DNA of 63,175 bases, counting the filler, from Lenisia limosa (Eukaryota > Protista > Breviatea), in NCBI GenBank assembly GCA_001655205.1. It is 10 parts of 10 records of this genome, joined end to end, with 100 filler letters (N's around TTAATTAATTAA, not from the genome) between each part and the next. Parts side by side here need not be neighbours in the genome. Positions count along the whole stretch, not along the records: positions 13,127 to 19,211 come from LPNZ01008329.1; positions 19,312 to 21,393 come from LPNZ01002018.1; positions 21,494 to 39,135 come from LPNZ01008395.1; 7 more parts are not named here. One strand, 5' to 3'. Made by a program: the position numbers and the translations under genes. Below, piece by piece: positions 13,170 through 26,580 of the stretch (its first letter is position 1; the number at the start of each line of letters is the position of its first letter). The notes below the pieces were generated by a model. The model did not search any database, was not told where the DNA came from, and worked only from the letters and a program-made list of their open reading frames with translations.

Positions 13170-16100
13170 ATCAAATCTGTTACCTCACCGAGTAAACACC
13201 ATTGAACGCATCAGTGACCTGAGCACAAGAGCTAGCAACAACGTTCATGGCTTCACCGCCCGTAACATGAGGGTTACTGAACCGATCCACTGCTCGAGCT
13301 TCCACCCAGGTAACAACGGCTTCGGGAACTGCAGAGGGTGAGAAGAAATTATCAAAATGGAATTTAATTATCAAAAGCCCAAAACCAACTCTGTTGGCTT
13401 GAAGAAGCACACGAGGGTTGAAAACAACAAAACAAACAAAGCCCAGGCCATTCACTAGAGATGAATGGCCATTCACTCCAGAGATGAATGGATACAACAG
13501 GTAATAACGGCTTTGAGAACCAGGGATGAACGTGGGGCTGGGGAAGTATGGTATTTGTTTATGGTATCCTATGTATTTATTTGTTCCCCCCGATTTCGGA
13601 TGTTTTTTATTTCTCTTTTTTCAAAAAAAAAAAAAGGGAGGTGTAAAACGAAGGTAAGTCCAACAAATCACCCAATTCTGGAAATACCAAATATCCCCCC
13701 ACTTTGAGCACCCGAAACAGCAGGACCAGAAAGGACGGAGAGGTCTGAAGGGCCCGACGGGATGACCACCACAGTTTTCGAACCAATAACCTGGGAAGAA
13801 ACACCTGCCAGCGAAGCGCCCCAGTTGTATATGCCAGCGATGGTGGGGGTAGCAACGAGGGTGTAGCATGTTGGTGTGGAGCTGTGGGGGTGAAATGTGT
13901 TGTAATTTTAAAAACATTTATAGGTAATATTGGATTATGGTATCCGGTCAAAGCTGTCCATATTACGCTTATAAGCAAAATTGGATTATATTACGCTTAT
14001 ACAGTATTGGCGTTTTGGACAGTATTAAGCGTTACATAGGGCTTCACTTCGGTTCAAAAAATACGGGAAAATAGCGATATTTTTCGAAGACTTATCGAGA
14101 AATTCAGTCTTTTTTCGAACTGAAGAGAAACCCTAGTTGTCTACCTTTGTACTTCAGCAGCAACAGACACGGGAATAGGGCCCATTGAGGGGTACAATTG
14201 CGGTACAGGCTGAAGAGGGTAAGCAGAGATTTCACCCAAAAATTCACTTTTATGTGGAACTGACATAACCTCCCCTCCCTCCCCCTCTCAGAATAATAAT
14301 AGTATTATTAATAATAATAAAAAAACACCCAATTTCACCCCACTCCCGTCTCAATTGACTCATCCCCCTCCCCCCCTACCTGGAGGGACACAGAGGGTTG
14401 CGAACAAGGTGCTGCGTTAGCAAACTGGTCGAAGCAGCAGAAGGTTGCCGTTGTGTTCTGGGGAAGGAAATGATGATGTGGTGAAAGTTTTCCTTGTCTT
14501 GTATTCAATTCATATTTTTTTTAAAAAAATACCATCCACCCACCAAGCCAGCTTCCACAGAGTGAGTAGAGGTGGTGAAGGTGGCGACATCGGCAACATC
14601 AGGCGCCACAGTAAGGAGAGTGGTTATGGCATTGCCGGTTTGAAGCGTTACCTAGGGGTATGAGGGGGCATAATGGTACATAGAGACTTTCATTTTGTGA
14701 CGAATAAAATGAGAAATAATCTTAAAGTACGTTGCAGGACTCTCACAGTTGTTTTGAGAGAGCACTGGGAGTGGACTGTAGCAAGATGCGGTACAAATCC
14801 AGCAGTGAATTCTGAGAATGTTAATGCCACCGGAGAGTTTGGTTTATGTTTCTATGTATTCTTCCGTAACCCAGGGTTTATTTCAATTTACGCCAACAAA
14901 CCCCCCACTCCCTCTCCCACCATTATCAACAGGTCTAAACGTCTCCGAAGCGACATGGAACACATTGGCACCACAGATGAACCAAGCCGTTAACTCGGAT
15001 TGGAGGTGGACGGTCTCATTGTTGCCGTACACATCGAAGAACTCCAGGGTAGCCGTAACCTCGGAGTTGGCAACGCATTCGTTAGAGACCCCACAGGAGA
15101 ACGATAAAACGGCAGAGTCCGCCATCGGTGCAGCAGGAGTAATTTCTGCTACTATTTCGTCGGTCCAGTTACCATAAGAGGCAATAATCGTTGCTGCTGA
15201 CTCGGAGGTGAATATCCGGGCCTTGAGGATGAGGGAGTTGGTTCGTAGGGCGGAAGCGGAGTTCAGTTCACTAACCAGAACCGGTTCCGAGAAAGACGTG
15301 ACAGCGTTGGTGTTGGAGAGAGCAAATGTAATGTTGTTAAGATCGGCCACTGTTGTGGGGTTGCCATATTGGTCTTCAATAGGCGAAATGACAAGGTAGA
15401 AAGACTCGCCAGCTGTGAAGCCTGTTGGTGTGTGCGCGAACGCTAAAAGCGACCGATGGGGGTCCCAGGAACTCCGGGGTACTTCAATCACGTCCGAGCC
15501 TGTCGTGAGGTACTCGCCGTTGAGGAGCAAGTCGAGGGCGTGACGTCCCGATTTGGTAAGTGTTACGGATGCGGACAGGGCCAGGCCGCCGGAACAGGTG
15601 GCGTTAGCCGTCGGAAGCACGTCGGAAGTGAACACGTCATCGATTCCGACAACGCTGACTTCAAGGCCGGAAAGATCCTCGGCAGTCACACCAGGTGAGG
15701 CACAGGCAGTGATAGTTGTGACTTGGCCAGCTTCGGATACGGAGGAACTCCATGCTGATAATTTGTCCGAAGGCGCAGACGTGAGCGTCACATTGAGCGT
15801 TAGGGTGTTGTTCTGATTTGTGAGTGGAATAGCAAGAGAGCTATGGTGAGAAGTAAGTATTCAAACAAGTGATTTCTAAGGGCTTCAGCTGAGTTGCTCG
15901 AAAACTATAGATAGTACAGATCTTTTTCGGAGAGGAGTAAATTGCCTAGGCACCATCATCAGCTTCCCAAGGCATCCATCATTAGCTCACCTGCAGGCTT
16001 CTGTAGTTGGCACATTCAAAGCATTGAGAAGTGAACCGGAGAGAGTCTGAGGTTACGGGGAGACTGGGGGTCTGGAGGGTGATGGACGTTACATTATATG

Positions 16101-19100
16101 CCCGAAAAAAGGTACTATATCATACTTAGGCTGAAAAAATCGTATTAAGGACACTGAATGCGATTTCCTTATTGTTCGAAAAAGACTGGGCAAATATTGA
16201 AACTATTCGAGGATTTATCGACAAATTCTGACTTGCATTAATACATAGAAACCCCAGAAAAGCAACACCAAAGATTACCTTAACAGGGATGTAACGAAGG
16301 GATCTCAGTGTATCCTACAGTATGAGATCCAACAGATGAAAAGAAGAGAGATAGCACAGGAGATTGAAGAATCAATCAAGTCAAATATCTGCAGATCAGC
16401 AATCGAATGTTCCACTATTACTGTTCTGAAAGTCGAGTTTATTATAGAGAAAATAGATGAAGCGACTCTATATGAATTTTAGTTTCACATGAACAGATTA
16501 TTCCTTTGTTGAATTTCAAGTTTATTACCTGAAGCGATTCGATGTTTTGTCTGAGGGGCATGACCTGAGCTGAGGTTCTAACATAAGCGTTTTGAGCGAG
16601 GAGGCTGAAACTGTCCACCAGTCCAAGGGGCTTGATGACAAAGGAGACGTTCGAAGAGAGGGCAATGGGAATCTCAAACTGCACGGTCATTGTAAAGTCT
16701 TATGTAAGCAAAGGGTGATTGAGAAATGGTCCTAGATAGCAAACCTCGACATATGGCCATGAGGAGTCTTTGTCAACCACTGCGGATCTCGAGATTTCTT
16801 CACCAACAATCTGGTGATGTGAGGCGAAAAAAAAGAATCAGAAAACATATCTTGATTTTGTGTGCCTCCAGATGTTACAAGAAAGAATGACACGATATTG
16901 TCTCGAGAAATTCACAAGGCCATTGCGAAGCTATAAACAGGAAGGGAAGGAAGGAGAACACAGAATTCAGAGATACCAACCTGTCCAGTTGTCCAAGGCA
17001 CGCAGAAGGGGCTGACATTGAGGTCAGCAGGGAGACGGCATGAGGAGTTGGTGTGAGGCTGATCCCATTGGTCGGAAATGAGCTGCAGGGAGAGTGCCGG
17101 GATATAGGGGGTCGTCTGAGGTGTAAAAAGAGACAATTTATGGAACAGAAAAAGCCCAAAATCAGCTCCATAATGAGGGCATGCAAAGAAATACTGTGTT
17201 TGATTTGACAACATTCACCCAACTACAAATAAGCGCAATTATCTCATGGAAGGAATAACATTTTGGCATATGGTTATCCATCTACAATGTCGCTACGCTA
17301 CCACATTTACCACAGATTCTGACTATCATAAATGTTCATTCCACGACAATTGATTATCAATTTACCACAGATATTATTTTGAAATATTTCTTACTGCCCC
17401 CCCCCCCACTCCGTCCAGTCCAGACGCAATGATGGGCAGTCTCAGCCAAGCTTGTGAGGCTCCCTCAATAGGTCCAGCACTACCGAGACGAACAAGGGCA
17501 AGAGATGTTTCTTCCACGTCTTGGCTCAAAGTCACGTCGTTTCGGGATTTGTCGGAAGGCTCGGAAGTTGCAGTTCCGACGGTAACGGTTGTGAAGTCGG
17601 CAATCGTTACGTCATTCTGCTGTGTCACACGATCGGATCCGAGCCATATTTCACCATGGCGGCAGGAAATTTCAACTTCCGAGAAATCCGAGGCAAAGCG
17701 CGAGTCTGTGTCGGTGATCTTGAGATCGACAAGCCCAAGACCGGTTCCGGAAGAGGCAAGTTCCAAATAGGGACGGAAGGTGCTCATAGTAGGCCCGTAG
17801 CCGTGAACATGGGCAATAGTGACAGAAATAAATTTTTCCGACTCGAGCGGCTGAATTTTAACATGGCTGGACGCGGTGACAGAAATGAATGCGCTACCAG
17901 ACCAAAGCGGAGGGAAGGTAATTGATACGTCATCGAGGCTTGCGGAAATGGTGGCACTGTTGCCCTCAATCGTAACCTGTCCCGATTTGGCAAGTACAAC
18001 ATGTGAGTTGTTCCCGATATGAAAAGTGCCAATTGTAGGAGGAGTCAAAGTGACAGTTATGAAAGCGTCGGCATTATCGGCAGGNNNNNNNNNNNNNNNN
18101 NNNNNNNNNNNNNNNNNNNNNNNNNNNNNNNNNNNNNNNNNNNNNNNNNNNNNNNGAGCAACATCTTCAGTTCCGTTGATAGCTGTGACAGAAAAGAGGG
18201 GTTCGTCAGGCACCGGAGTAATTGCCACGTAGAAAGTGTCGGATACAGTGGCTGGAGTAGGGAAATTGTCCGTTACAGTCACGGAAATGGACACTTCGGT
18301 AAGAGAATCGGCAGGAGGCGTGTAAACGGCCAAAGAAGTCACGTGCACGAACAGTTCCGACGGGACTGTCAGGATGAGGGTGTCGGAAGTTAAGTCGGTA
18401 GCATATCCGCGGAATTCTGGTTTGAGGTTAAGGCCTGGCATGGAGGAGGAGATTTCGATCGTAATTCTGTCAGAATCATCATCAAACGCGGAGAGTTGGA
18501 TACTAGCAACGCCATCTTCGTTGGTAGTGGTGTTGAAAACGGAGAGGACTGGTGCGCTGTTGACACACGTGATAGAAATGTTGGAAGTGGTAATTGCTCC
18601 GAGAGTTCCTCCGAATTCATCCGATCCGCCATCGGAGAAGACAATAGAAACCTGGTCCGAGCCACAATAGTCCAAATCAGGAAGGTATTCGAATTGGGAA
18701 CGCGACGTAATGACGTCATAAGCGGCCGCAACGGTCAGAGAACGTCCGGTGGTGGAGGCGGCAAAAACGGTGTCGTTGACCGGGCGGATTGTTCCGTATT
18801 TGGAAGTTAGGGTGAGTGAGTAGGTCACCGGGCGGTTGTTGACGTGGTCAAGATCGAAGGGGGTGACAGAAATGCCGACGGAAACGTTTTCGGTGGTAAC
18901 CAAATGCGGAAGTGAAGAGACCTCCGGAGCATCGTTGACAGGTACGAGGGCGATAGCCATCTGCAGAGGTTATATGATCACTGCTCACACCCCCCCTCCC
19001 CCATTCCACATACATGCATACAATATCATATGTATATCGATATATGTATGAGCCAATTTTCTGAATTACCACCCTGCTTTAAATAAATCACCACCCACTT

Positions 19101-19195
19101 CATGACGGGCAGAAAGGACCTGGCCGATGCCAGCGTTTTTATTGTCCCAAACGGTGTAATACAACCGCTCGTCGCGATGAACGTGGTCTAAGGGG
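13170..19195 (-). CDS. Large Ig-like repeat protein (cadherin-like/Big_9 'VNDAP' repeats followed by filamin-type Ig repeats); both ends truncated
   Basis: Exon 17408-18960 has VPVNDAP, EYLPDLDYCGSDQV, CVNSAPV and TPVPDEP motifs. Exon 14883-15810 and the ~13200-13340 exon have filamin-like DQYGNP, DVYGN and AVDRFSNP motifs. Composition is S/T/V/D-rich, as expected for beta-sandwiches. Confidence 0.75.
14039..14133. mobile_element. MITE family 1 copy (intron of the Ig-repeat gene)
   Basis: TA-GGGCTTCACTTCGGTTCAAAA...TTCGAACTGAAGAGAAACCC-TA. Confidence 0.88.
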
Positions 19196-20299
19196 GAGAA
19201 ATGAGAAGAGANNNNNNNNNNNNNNNNNNNNNNNNNNNNNNNNNNNNNNNNNNNNTTAATTAATTAANNNNNNNNNNNNNNNNNNNNNNNNNNNNNNNNN
19301 NNNNNNNNNNNATAGAAGAATAAAAGCGGGAGGAAGAAAAACTAGAGATAGGAATGTGAGGAGGAAATATGGACGAAAAGAAAAATCCGAATAGAAGCCT
19401 GGAAAGAAAAGGGTTCAGGTTTTTGATGAATAAACCGAAAAATAATAATAATATCAAAAACGAAGAGGAAAAAGCAGGCAAACAGTGTGAGAATCTTGTT
19501 TGTTCAAAAATAAATATGATACAATTATTTGCTACAACTTCTTCATTACTATCCATAAAAAAAAACAAAGCAAAACGCAATTATTTTTCTTTGAGTCAAT
19601 ACATTTTTTTTATGAGCATATGTAAATGGTTTGTTATCTGGTTTTCAAGGTTCAAACTACACTCTTATTGCTTTCGGATGTTAATGTGTAAGACTTTGAA
19701 AAAACTTGTCCAAAGAACAACCCGACTTGGATTTGGTGAGACTTTGTTTTCATGTTCTTACCCTGATAGTCTTACAGTTTCCCAATCTACTATTTAGCTC
19801 CTGATGACCTAATTTGCATGGTGTCGTCTATATGCAGCAAGTGCGAAGACTGCTCCCTATCCAAGGTACTAGATACCCTGTCGAAGATCTAACTATCATT
19901 GTCTTCTGATGCCCTTCAGAAGTACTTCTTTTAAGCTGTAGTGGTGAAAATGAAGATCTAGCATGGACAAGTGGAAGACAGTCTTTTCGTGGCGGCCTTG
20001 TGCCTTCCGCGCCTTGGGCCTTCGCACCCGAGATCTTTGTATACAAGTGTGGAAAGACAGCATCTTGGGTCCACCAAAACTACATGGGAATGTCTTCAGA
20101 TGGACTCATTTTGGAAATTTGATCTGTATGGTAGATTTACTTACCTTCATCTTGGCGAATGCTATTCATGTTTGGGTATTAAGCGGCTCACCCCGGATGA
20201 GTCAAGCCTTTCAACAAACCAAACTTTTAAAGGAAATATTCTAAGAAGAAGAAAAAGAAAGTTAAATAGTTAGAAGAAGAGAACAACACCGAAAATAAT

Positions 20300-21285
20300 A
20301 ATAAAAAGGAATATATACCACCTAAGATTGCCATTTTAAAATAAAATTTCGATTCTGATGATGATATAAGGTTCCCACCATGACAAAAAGCCCCCGGGCT
20401 AACCTTAACAAAAGAGTCTCTTTCGCTCTCCATCACCGCTGATTCAACAATGACAGAAATATTCCTTCCCAGAGCAGCAATTTTAGGGTAGCTGTCTTTC
20501 GCTGTTACTTCGACGAACTTCTGCTCAGCTTGCTTGACCAATTTTTTGGTGATATGCAAACAATCTGGGTTGTAGTTGTCCGCTTCGTCTTGTTTCTCGG
20601 CCACCGGTGACTCCTTTGTGGTTTTGGCTTTTTCGTGTGAGAGGGGAGTGGACTTTTTGCGCCGAGTTGGGAGGGGAGGGGGTGTGGAGACCTGGTGAGG
20701 GGGGGAAGTATTAGAGAATACAGAGGGTTTATCTTAAAATGTCAAATAAATGTCAAGGATTCGAGAGAGTTTGTTTTAAAATATCAAACAAATATTAAGG
20801 ATCAGAGACTCACGTCAACATGAGACCTGGTCCGCGACTGCATGGGGGCGTCTTCGATTCGGGCTGTTTCTAACTCCTTCTCCACCTCCGCTGCCGCTAG
20901 GGGGGGGGGGGGGNNNNNNNNNNNNNNNNNNNNNNNNNNNNNNNNNNNNNNNNNNNNNNNNNNNNNNNNNNNNNNNNNNNNNNNNNNNNNNNNNNNNNNN
21001 NNNNNNNNNNNNNNNNNNNNNNNNNNNNNNNNNNNNNNNNNNNNNNNNNNNNNNNNNNNNNNNNNNNNNNNNNNNNNNNNNNNNNNNNNGGGAGTGGTGG
21101 CAATTTTCATGAAGACGAAGTAAATTATCAGCCCCTGCATCATCCCCAAGCCACCTTCCTTATCAGCCCGATCAAGGGCATCAAGCTGGATGGACATGTT
21201 TATAATATTGATGTCGAACTTCTCTGTCATTGACACTGCCTCATCAAGCATTGCTTCGGCCTGGGAACTTGTCACAGACATCAAT
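20300..21285 (-). CDS. Unidentified exons: a heptad-like segment plus hydrophobic stretch (GLIIYFVFMKI), and a downstream charged exon; may be one or two genes
   Basis: Protein-like ORF segments with an acceptor at ~20688 (ctaatacttcccccctcaccag). Weak Qc-SNARE-like layout in 21110-21285; not confirmed. Confidence 0.35.
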
Positions 21286-21537
21286 CAAAAGCAAAAAACA
21301 AAAAAAGGGGGAGATGTCAGAATAATAATAACTAATTATAGTATTGAGTGAAATTGGAGTGTGCTATTTTGTGTTTCTATTTTCTTTTCATTTNNNNNNN
21401 NNNNNNNNNNNNNNNNNNNNNNNNNNNNNNNNNNNNNTTAATTAATTAANNNNNNNNNNNNNNNNNNNNNNNNNNNNNNNNNNNNNNNNNNNNTTCTCGG
21501 AGTTGTACCTCTGTTTATTACAATCTTGACATCTTAG

Positions 21538-22196
21538 GGTGTCTTCAAGTTCCACGACTCTGCGCAATCCGCAATGCAAAGCGCCAAAGCCAAGGCCACC
21601 AAGACTCAGGGAGCTGAAGAAAAGAAGAAAGCTGCCGAAATGGAACACCGATATGAACAGGTGGGGGTACTATTTGAAAACAAGCTAGTGTCAGGCCGAA
21701 TCCGTCCACATCACACTTTTCAGATACTGTTTGGTGCTTGAAAATAGAGCATAACTTTTTTTAACCTGGATTTTCTTAGTTTCTGCTAATTGAGTTCAGG
21801 TTGCACACGTAACGCTTGCTGAAGTGGATCATGTTCATCACCGTTAGGAGGGGGGGGGTACTACTTTGAGGGTTTTCGACAGCAGACTGGCTCAATTTCA
21901 AAAGGTGAATGACTTGCTTCTCAAGAAACTCCTCTCTTTTTTTAACCTTGTTAGACCGGTTAAAAGACTTCAAGGACTACATGCAAAGCTACGTGAAAGA
22001 ACAGGTCAACATGCATAAACAAGTGGGTGGTGTTATCTTTGGTGGAGGGGGGGGGGGGGNNNNNNNNNNNNNNNNNNNNNNNNNNNNNNNNNNNNNNNNN
22101 NNNNNNNNNNNNNNNNNNNNNNNNNNNNNNNNNNNNNNNNNNNNNNTGGGAGGCCCTTCTGGATCCTGTCAACTCTATTGATGAGGATTCCTTATA
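21538..22196 (+). CDS. 3' end of a probable sorting nexin (SNX-BAR) BAR domain
   Basis: Exons AEEKKKAAEMEHRYEQ, RLAQFQK, DRLKDFKDYMQSYVKEQVNMHKQ and WEALLDPVNSIDEDSL* (stop 22194-22196) fit the C-terminal BAR helix pattern RxxDFK...Y...Q...W. Confidence 0.6.
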
Positions 22197-22299
22197 AGAA
22201 GGTGGGGTCTGTGAAGTGGATAGTAGGGCGATTCTGTATTTCTGTGAAAATATAGCTTATTTGACAGAAAAAGACAATCATTTTCAGAAGAAACGGTCA

Positions 22300-25200
22300 T
22301 TGATCATAATAAGTACCAGTTCCATCGAGTAGTAATTAGGAAGGTCCATGTTCGAGCTCATAAATGTCGATCTCGGGAGCAATTTTGAGAAACCCATCCT
22401 TTTTTTACACCTCCTCAAAGCCACCCCATTCTGACAGGGGTGAAATTCTTAGCCTAAAGGGTTGATGATGTGTTTTCGAGGAGTCCCTCACCTGCATAAA
22501 TCATTGGGCCAGATATCGCCAAACTTGAACGAGTATTTGCAGTGGCTTACTGGCTCACATCTACTCAATTAGGAAAATGGGACTGCAGGACTAAATCAAT
22601 CACCACGTTCTTTAAAAATTCGATGATTAATCATGGTAATCCTTGAATCTGCCTACTTGGCTCTCAGCCAGCTCCAAGAGCAGTCATCATTTGATGATGG
22701 GGACCGAAATGATTTGGGGGACTGTGTTGAAGTGGTACTGAAGGTAAAAACAAAAATAAGGGGGGGGGGGTTGATAGAAGGGGAAAGTTTGTATCTTGTA
22801 TTACCGGTTCTGTAAACGGGCGTCTTGAAACCTGATTTCTTCGATCATTTCCCTCATGAACAGCGAACTGGATATCAACGTTCGATGGTGCATGAAATCA
22901 AATTCCCAAACCTGAAAATGTCAACCATTTCTGCTCTGTTCTGCAAACCTACAATTTCTTTACTATTGAATTCACCCCTCCCCAGAGCAAACCTCAGTTT
23001 CTCTCATTTTTCCGTTCTTGTCAAGACCGTTACTTTCGTAAATGGTCACCCGAGGATGTTGCTTTGAAATCAAATAAAAAGTATTTTGACACAGTTGAGC
23101 CCAAGGCACAAATCACAATCTTAAATTTAATAGATGTGCACACACTACTAACTTGGTTGGGCTTTGGAACGTCCCATCTGGAATTTAGGTGTAACACATC
23201 ACTGTCCTGAGAAAATAAAGGCAAGTAATAACCTTTCAGTTGAAAATTTCTGGAAAGCTCGAAAGCAGTTCCAACCAAGTTTTCGAGATGTAACGATGAA
23301 CATAAATACCTTGCAGTACGGAACGGATGGGATGGACGAAATAGTCGGCTTGCCCATGTGCCAAGTGTGACTGAAGGCCAGAGAGCCGTCTAGTTGCAAT
23401 TAGACCACTTTAGTTCGAAAAGGCGCAAAATATTGATAAACTTCTGATAAATCGAATTTTCGGACTGAATGATGTGTACCCTTCTATAAAGTTCAATGTC
23501 AAGTTTTTCCGTTGTCCTTTTGTGTATTCATTCATTGATGAACAATCAGAATACAGATGTAAAATTCTGACATATTTTGATTGTTATCTTTTGTCAATCC
23601 TATCAGGACTTATCGGTCAGTGTATAATATTTTTGGTACTTCATAGGAACCACAAACAAGGAACAGTTGAGTCGCCAGAAATGCCATATGGAGCATCCTC
23701 ATTGTTATGAGATGACGAAGTCCAGCCGTGAATTTTCGTACCAGCTGTGATTAATGAATAGTTATATTTTATTAGATTATTCTAAATCTAACCCGGAAGT
23801 TGAAGTGCAGATAGAAATGAATATTTGAGAGAAACAGGTAAACTATATGACAGATAGGGTGCTTTCTTCCATTTTACCTACCCTGGTAAATGAGATCGTC
23901 CATTACGAACTGGGTATCATTATCATGGGTGTAGACAAGAGTTTGCTCTGTGATCATTCCGACACCATATGCAGCGTATACCTGAATGATAAATGTGACC
24001 AAAAGTAATTGTGTATTATGTACATATCACAACTTCACATTTATACATCACACCTTTCTTATTGGTGGTCTATGCCAAGCATCTTCCAACTTCCATCCAT
24101 CAGGGCTACTATCGTTGAAGTATGTCGATAGATGGCTAAGATTGATCAATGTCAGACATACAAATAGAAAATCCTACTGGTTAATCTGTCCTCCGAGTTC
24201 ATAGCTTGGAATGTCTTGGTGAAGTCGTCCCTTTTGAACATCGTCAGCTAAGTAAAGTGTGAAACTATGAAATTACATAACTCCACAGTGATTATTCGAA
24301 ATGAAATTATATTTTTTAAAAAGAAAAATTGGGCGTACCATAGTACATCTTGTACTCATCAGATCCCAAGAATTTGATTACCGTTACAGGTTTAGAAAGT
24401 GCTCTTGGGGGAAGCGGACCTCTTCCTGCATATTCCCTAAATAATTTACTCGATAATGGATTGGAAGGCTTACGAAGGGTGTGCATTGCCTCCACGAGGA
24501 TACATGTAAGTTGTCGAACCTTTTCGAGGTAAAAAATGTAAGTTTTGCTGTGGATAGAGTCTCATTTCTAATCAATGCAACGTACTCATAGTGTTGAGAA
24601 TTTTCCTTGCAGAGAAGAGAGGAATTGGCATTCCGAATGTTTCTCCTGACAACCCTGCTCTAGTGGGTGGTGGTTAGCTGTTGAAAGACCAATCGCTTCG
24701 ATATACACATTAAGATATAATCACCAACTTGAGGGCTGTTACAGAACCAAGTGTTGGAGATGACACTGCAAAGAAACTGTCAATCTGTGTTGTGAAACAA
24801 TAACCAAACTCAGTACCCCAAGGATCTCACTCACATTTTGATCAAACCAGCTTTGTGCATTATCACCTTCAACAATTTCAATCCAATTAACAAATGCACG
24901 GAAGATGTTGTTTCCAAGGGAATGGGCAACTACAATAACACCTGGCTCCTAAAATAAAAGAGAAACTGTAAGTTTGTTGCAATCACCATTCACAGTTTCC
25001 CTTCTCACTGATTCCCTTCCATTTAAAGTCTCCTTTGCTAACATTTCAATCTGGCTTTTCATCTAAATTATCAACTTTTTGGAGAGGTCGACTCCACCCG
25101 ATTACCCGGAGAAAGAATTTGTCACGTTTTTCTAACAATTGTGGTGCAAGGCGCCAGTCGTATGGAAGTGCGATCTGAAAGATGGTTGGTTACGACAGCC

Positions 25201-26404
25201 GTTTAATATAAATGTAAAATTGTTGCAATGTGGAATGATAGTAAAACTCTGAATAAGCCTAAAGCACTCAGCAAAAGTGTCCAAAAAGTCTTGATATGGA
25301 TAGGTTTTGTTGATATGGATAGGTTTTGTGATAATTCGGATTGCATTCAATTCATTAGTGCTCCAATAAGTTGTCAAAGACTATAAAGGAGAAAATAATC
25401 ACTAAAATATCGTGAATACTTACCAGGGTATTTGGAGTATGGTCAAAAGCAGCCAGAATGTGCTGCACAAACCCTTCCCACACCATTGAGAACATTTGCA
25501 CAATGGGACTCTGGAGATTTTAACTGGGATAATGGCAACACAAGGATATGACAGCGTAGTTTCTCAGTTGGATCCGACAAATAGCTCTGAGTCATCTTTT
25601 TTTGTCAATTATTTATTGTTATCAGAATATTCTTTCCATCCGGACTTCACCCCCAAACTGGATCAATGCTGCGAATAGCATCCAAACCTTCCCCGGGCCT
25701 AATGCGACACCCTCCTATGTCTTCCTATACCTGAATTACGCTACAGTTGAACTCAAATTTTCACTGCTGAAACACGCCCTGTAACCTGAGTGGTTGGGTC
25801 AAGCATGACACATGACAAAAAACACTGTCGACTCCCAATAACTTTGCGGAGGTCAACCCTGAGGGATGTCAATTCGAATTTTTTACATATTTAAATTTGA
25901 TATAAAAAACGATTATTATTGTATGCTATGATATGATAATAGTTACTATAGAATCGTGGGACATGGAATGGATCGTGTCACATAAAACTTCATGACATCA
26001 ACCAACCAAAGTCTGTCTCCAACAGAGCCAAATAATCCACTGTCACAGGATTCGTCTACCTGTAAAATGAACGTATAGAAGTTAGTTCCATTGATAGCAA
26101 AATTACAAGGCAATAACAGCAACACAACAACAGCACCACATTTTCTAGGACTTTGCTGCAACCTTTTTACCTTCCATTGATAAAGCTGTGAAGACCCAAA
26201 GCCGGGAAGCATGAAGATTGGTCTTGGTGACAAGTCAGACCTTACGTTTTTGGTGAAAGACGATGGCTTATGAAAATGCGTGTTCTCCTCGTGAAATTTA
26301 TTTATTACAATAAGTATGCAAATTATCGTGATAAGAGACACGAAGCGCAGCATTTGCGAAGCAGTGGCCTTGCTACCAAGCATTTTTAGTCTTTGAAACT
26401 TCAT
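22300..26404 (-). CDS. LCAT-family acyltransferase, plant PSAT1-like (phospholipid:sterol O-acyltransferase); 3' end approximate
   Basis: N-terminal TM, then PIFMLPGFGSSQL, RIRPGEGLDAIRSIDP, IALPYDWRLAPQLLEKRDKFF, nucleophile elbow VAHSLGNNIF, AVSSPTLGS, GLSGETFGMP, SGDSTVP, and a C-terminal Cys-rich DDCSWSWLRAK...CKYSFKFGD...CR like that of PSAT1. Confidence 0.85.
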
Positions 26405-26580
26405 TATTTTTAATCAGAAACACAAATAAATAAATAAAAAATATATAACTCCTTCTTAAATGCTCTGAGCGAAAAGAGTCTGGCAAATTAGGCCAAATGT
26501 AACTAATGTAAGCCAGGGCGTCTTTTCTTTTTTTTTCGTTTTTTCACAAAAAGACTGGCATAAGAAGAACAGCTGGCACA
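26405..26580. promoter_or_regulatory. Putative bidirectional promoter between the PSAT-like gene and TMEM245
   Basis: Divergent ATGs are only 176 bp apart; promoter function is inferred from position. Confidence 0.55.

Noticed and set aside
17429-18810. Several plus-strand ORFs over 100 aa (also 4721-5257, 15208-15816)
   Set aside because: Shadows of long GC-richer minus-strand exons; no independent motifs.
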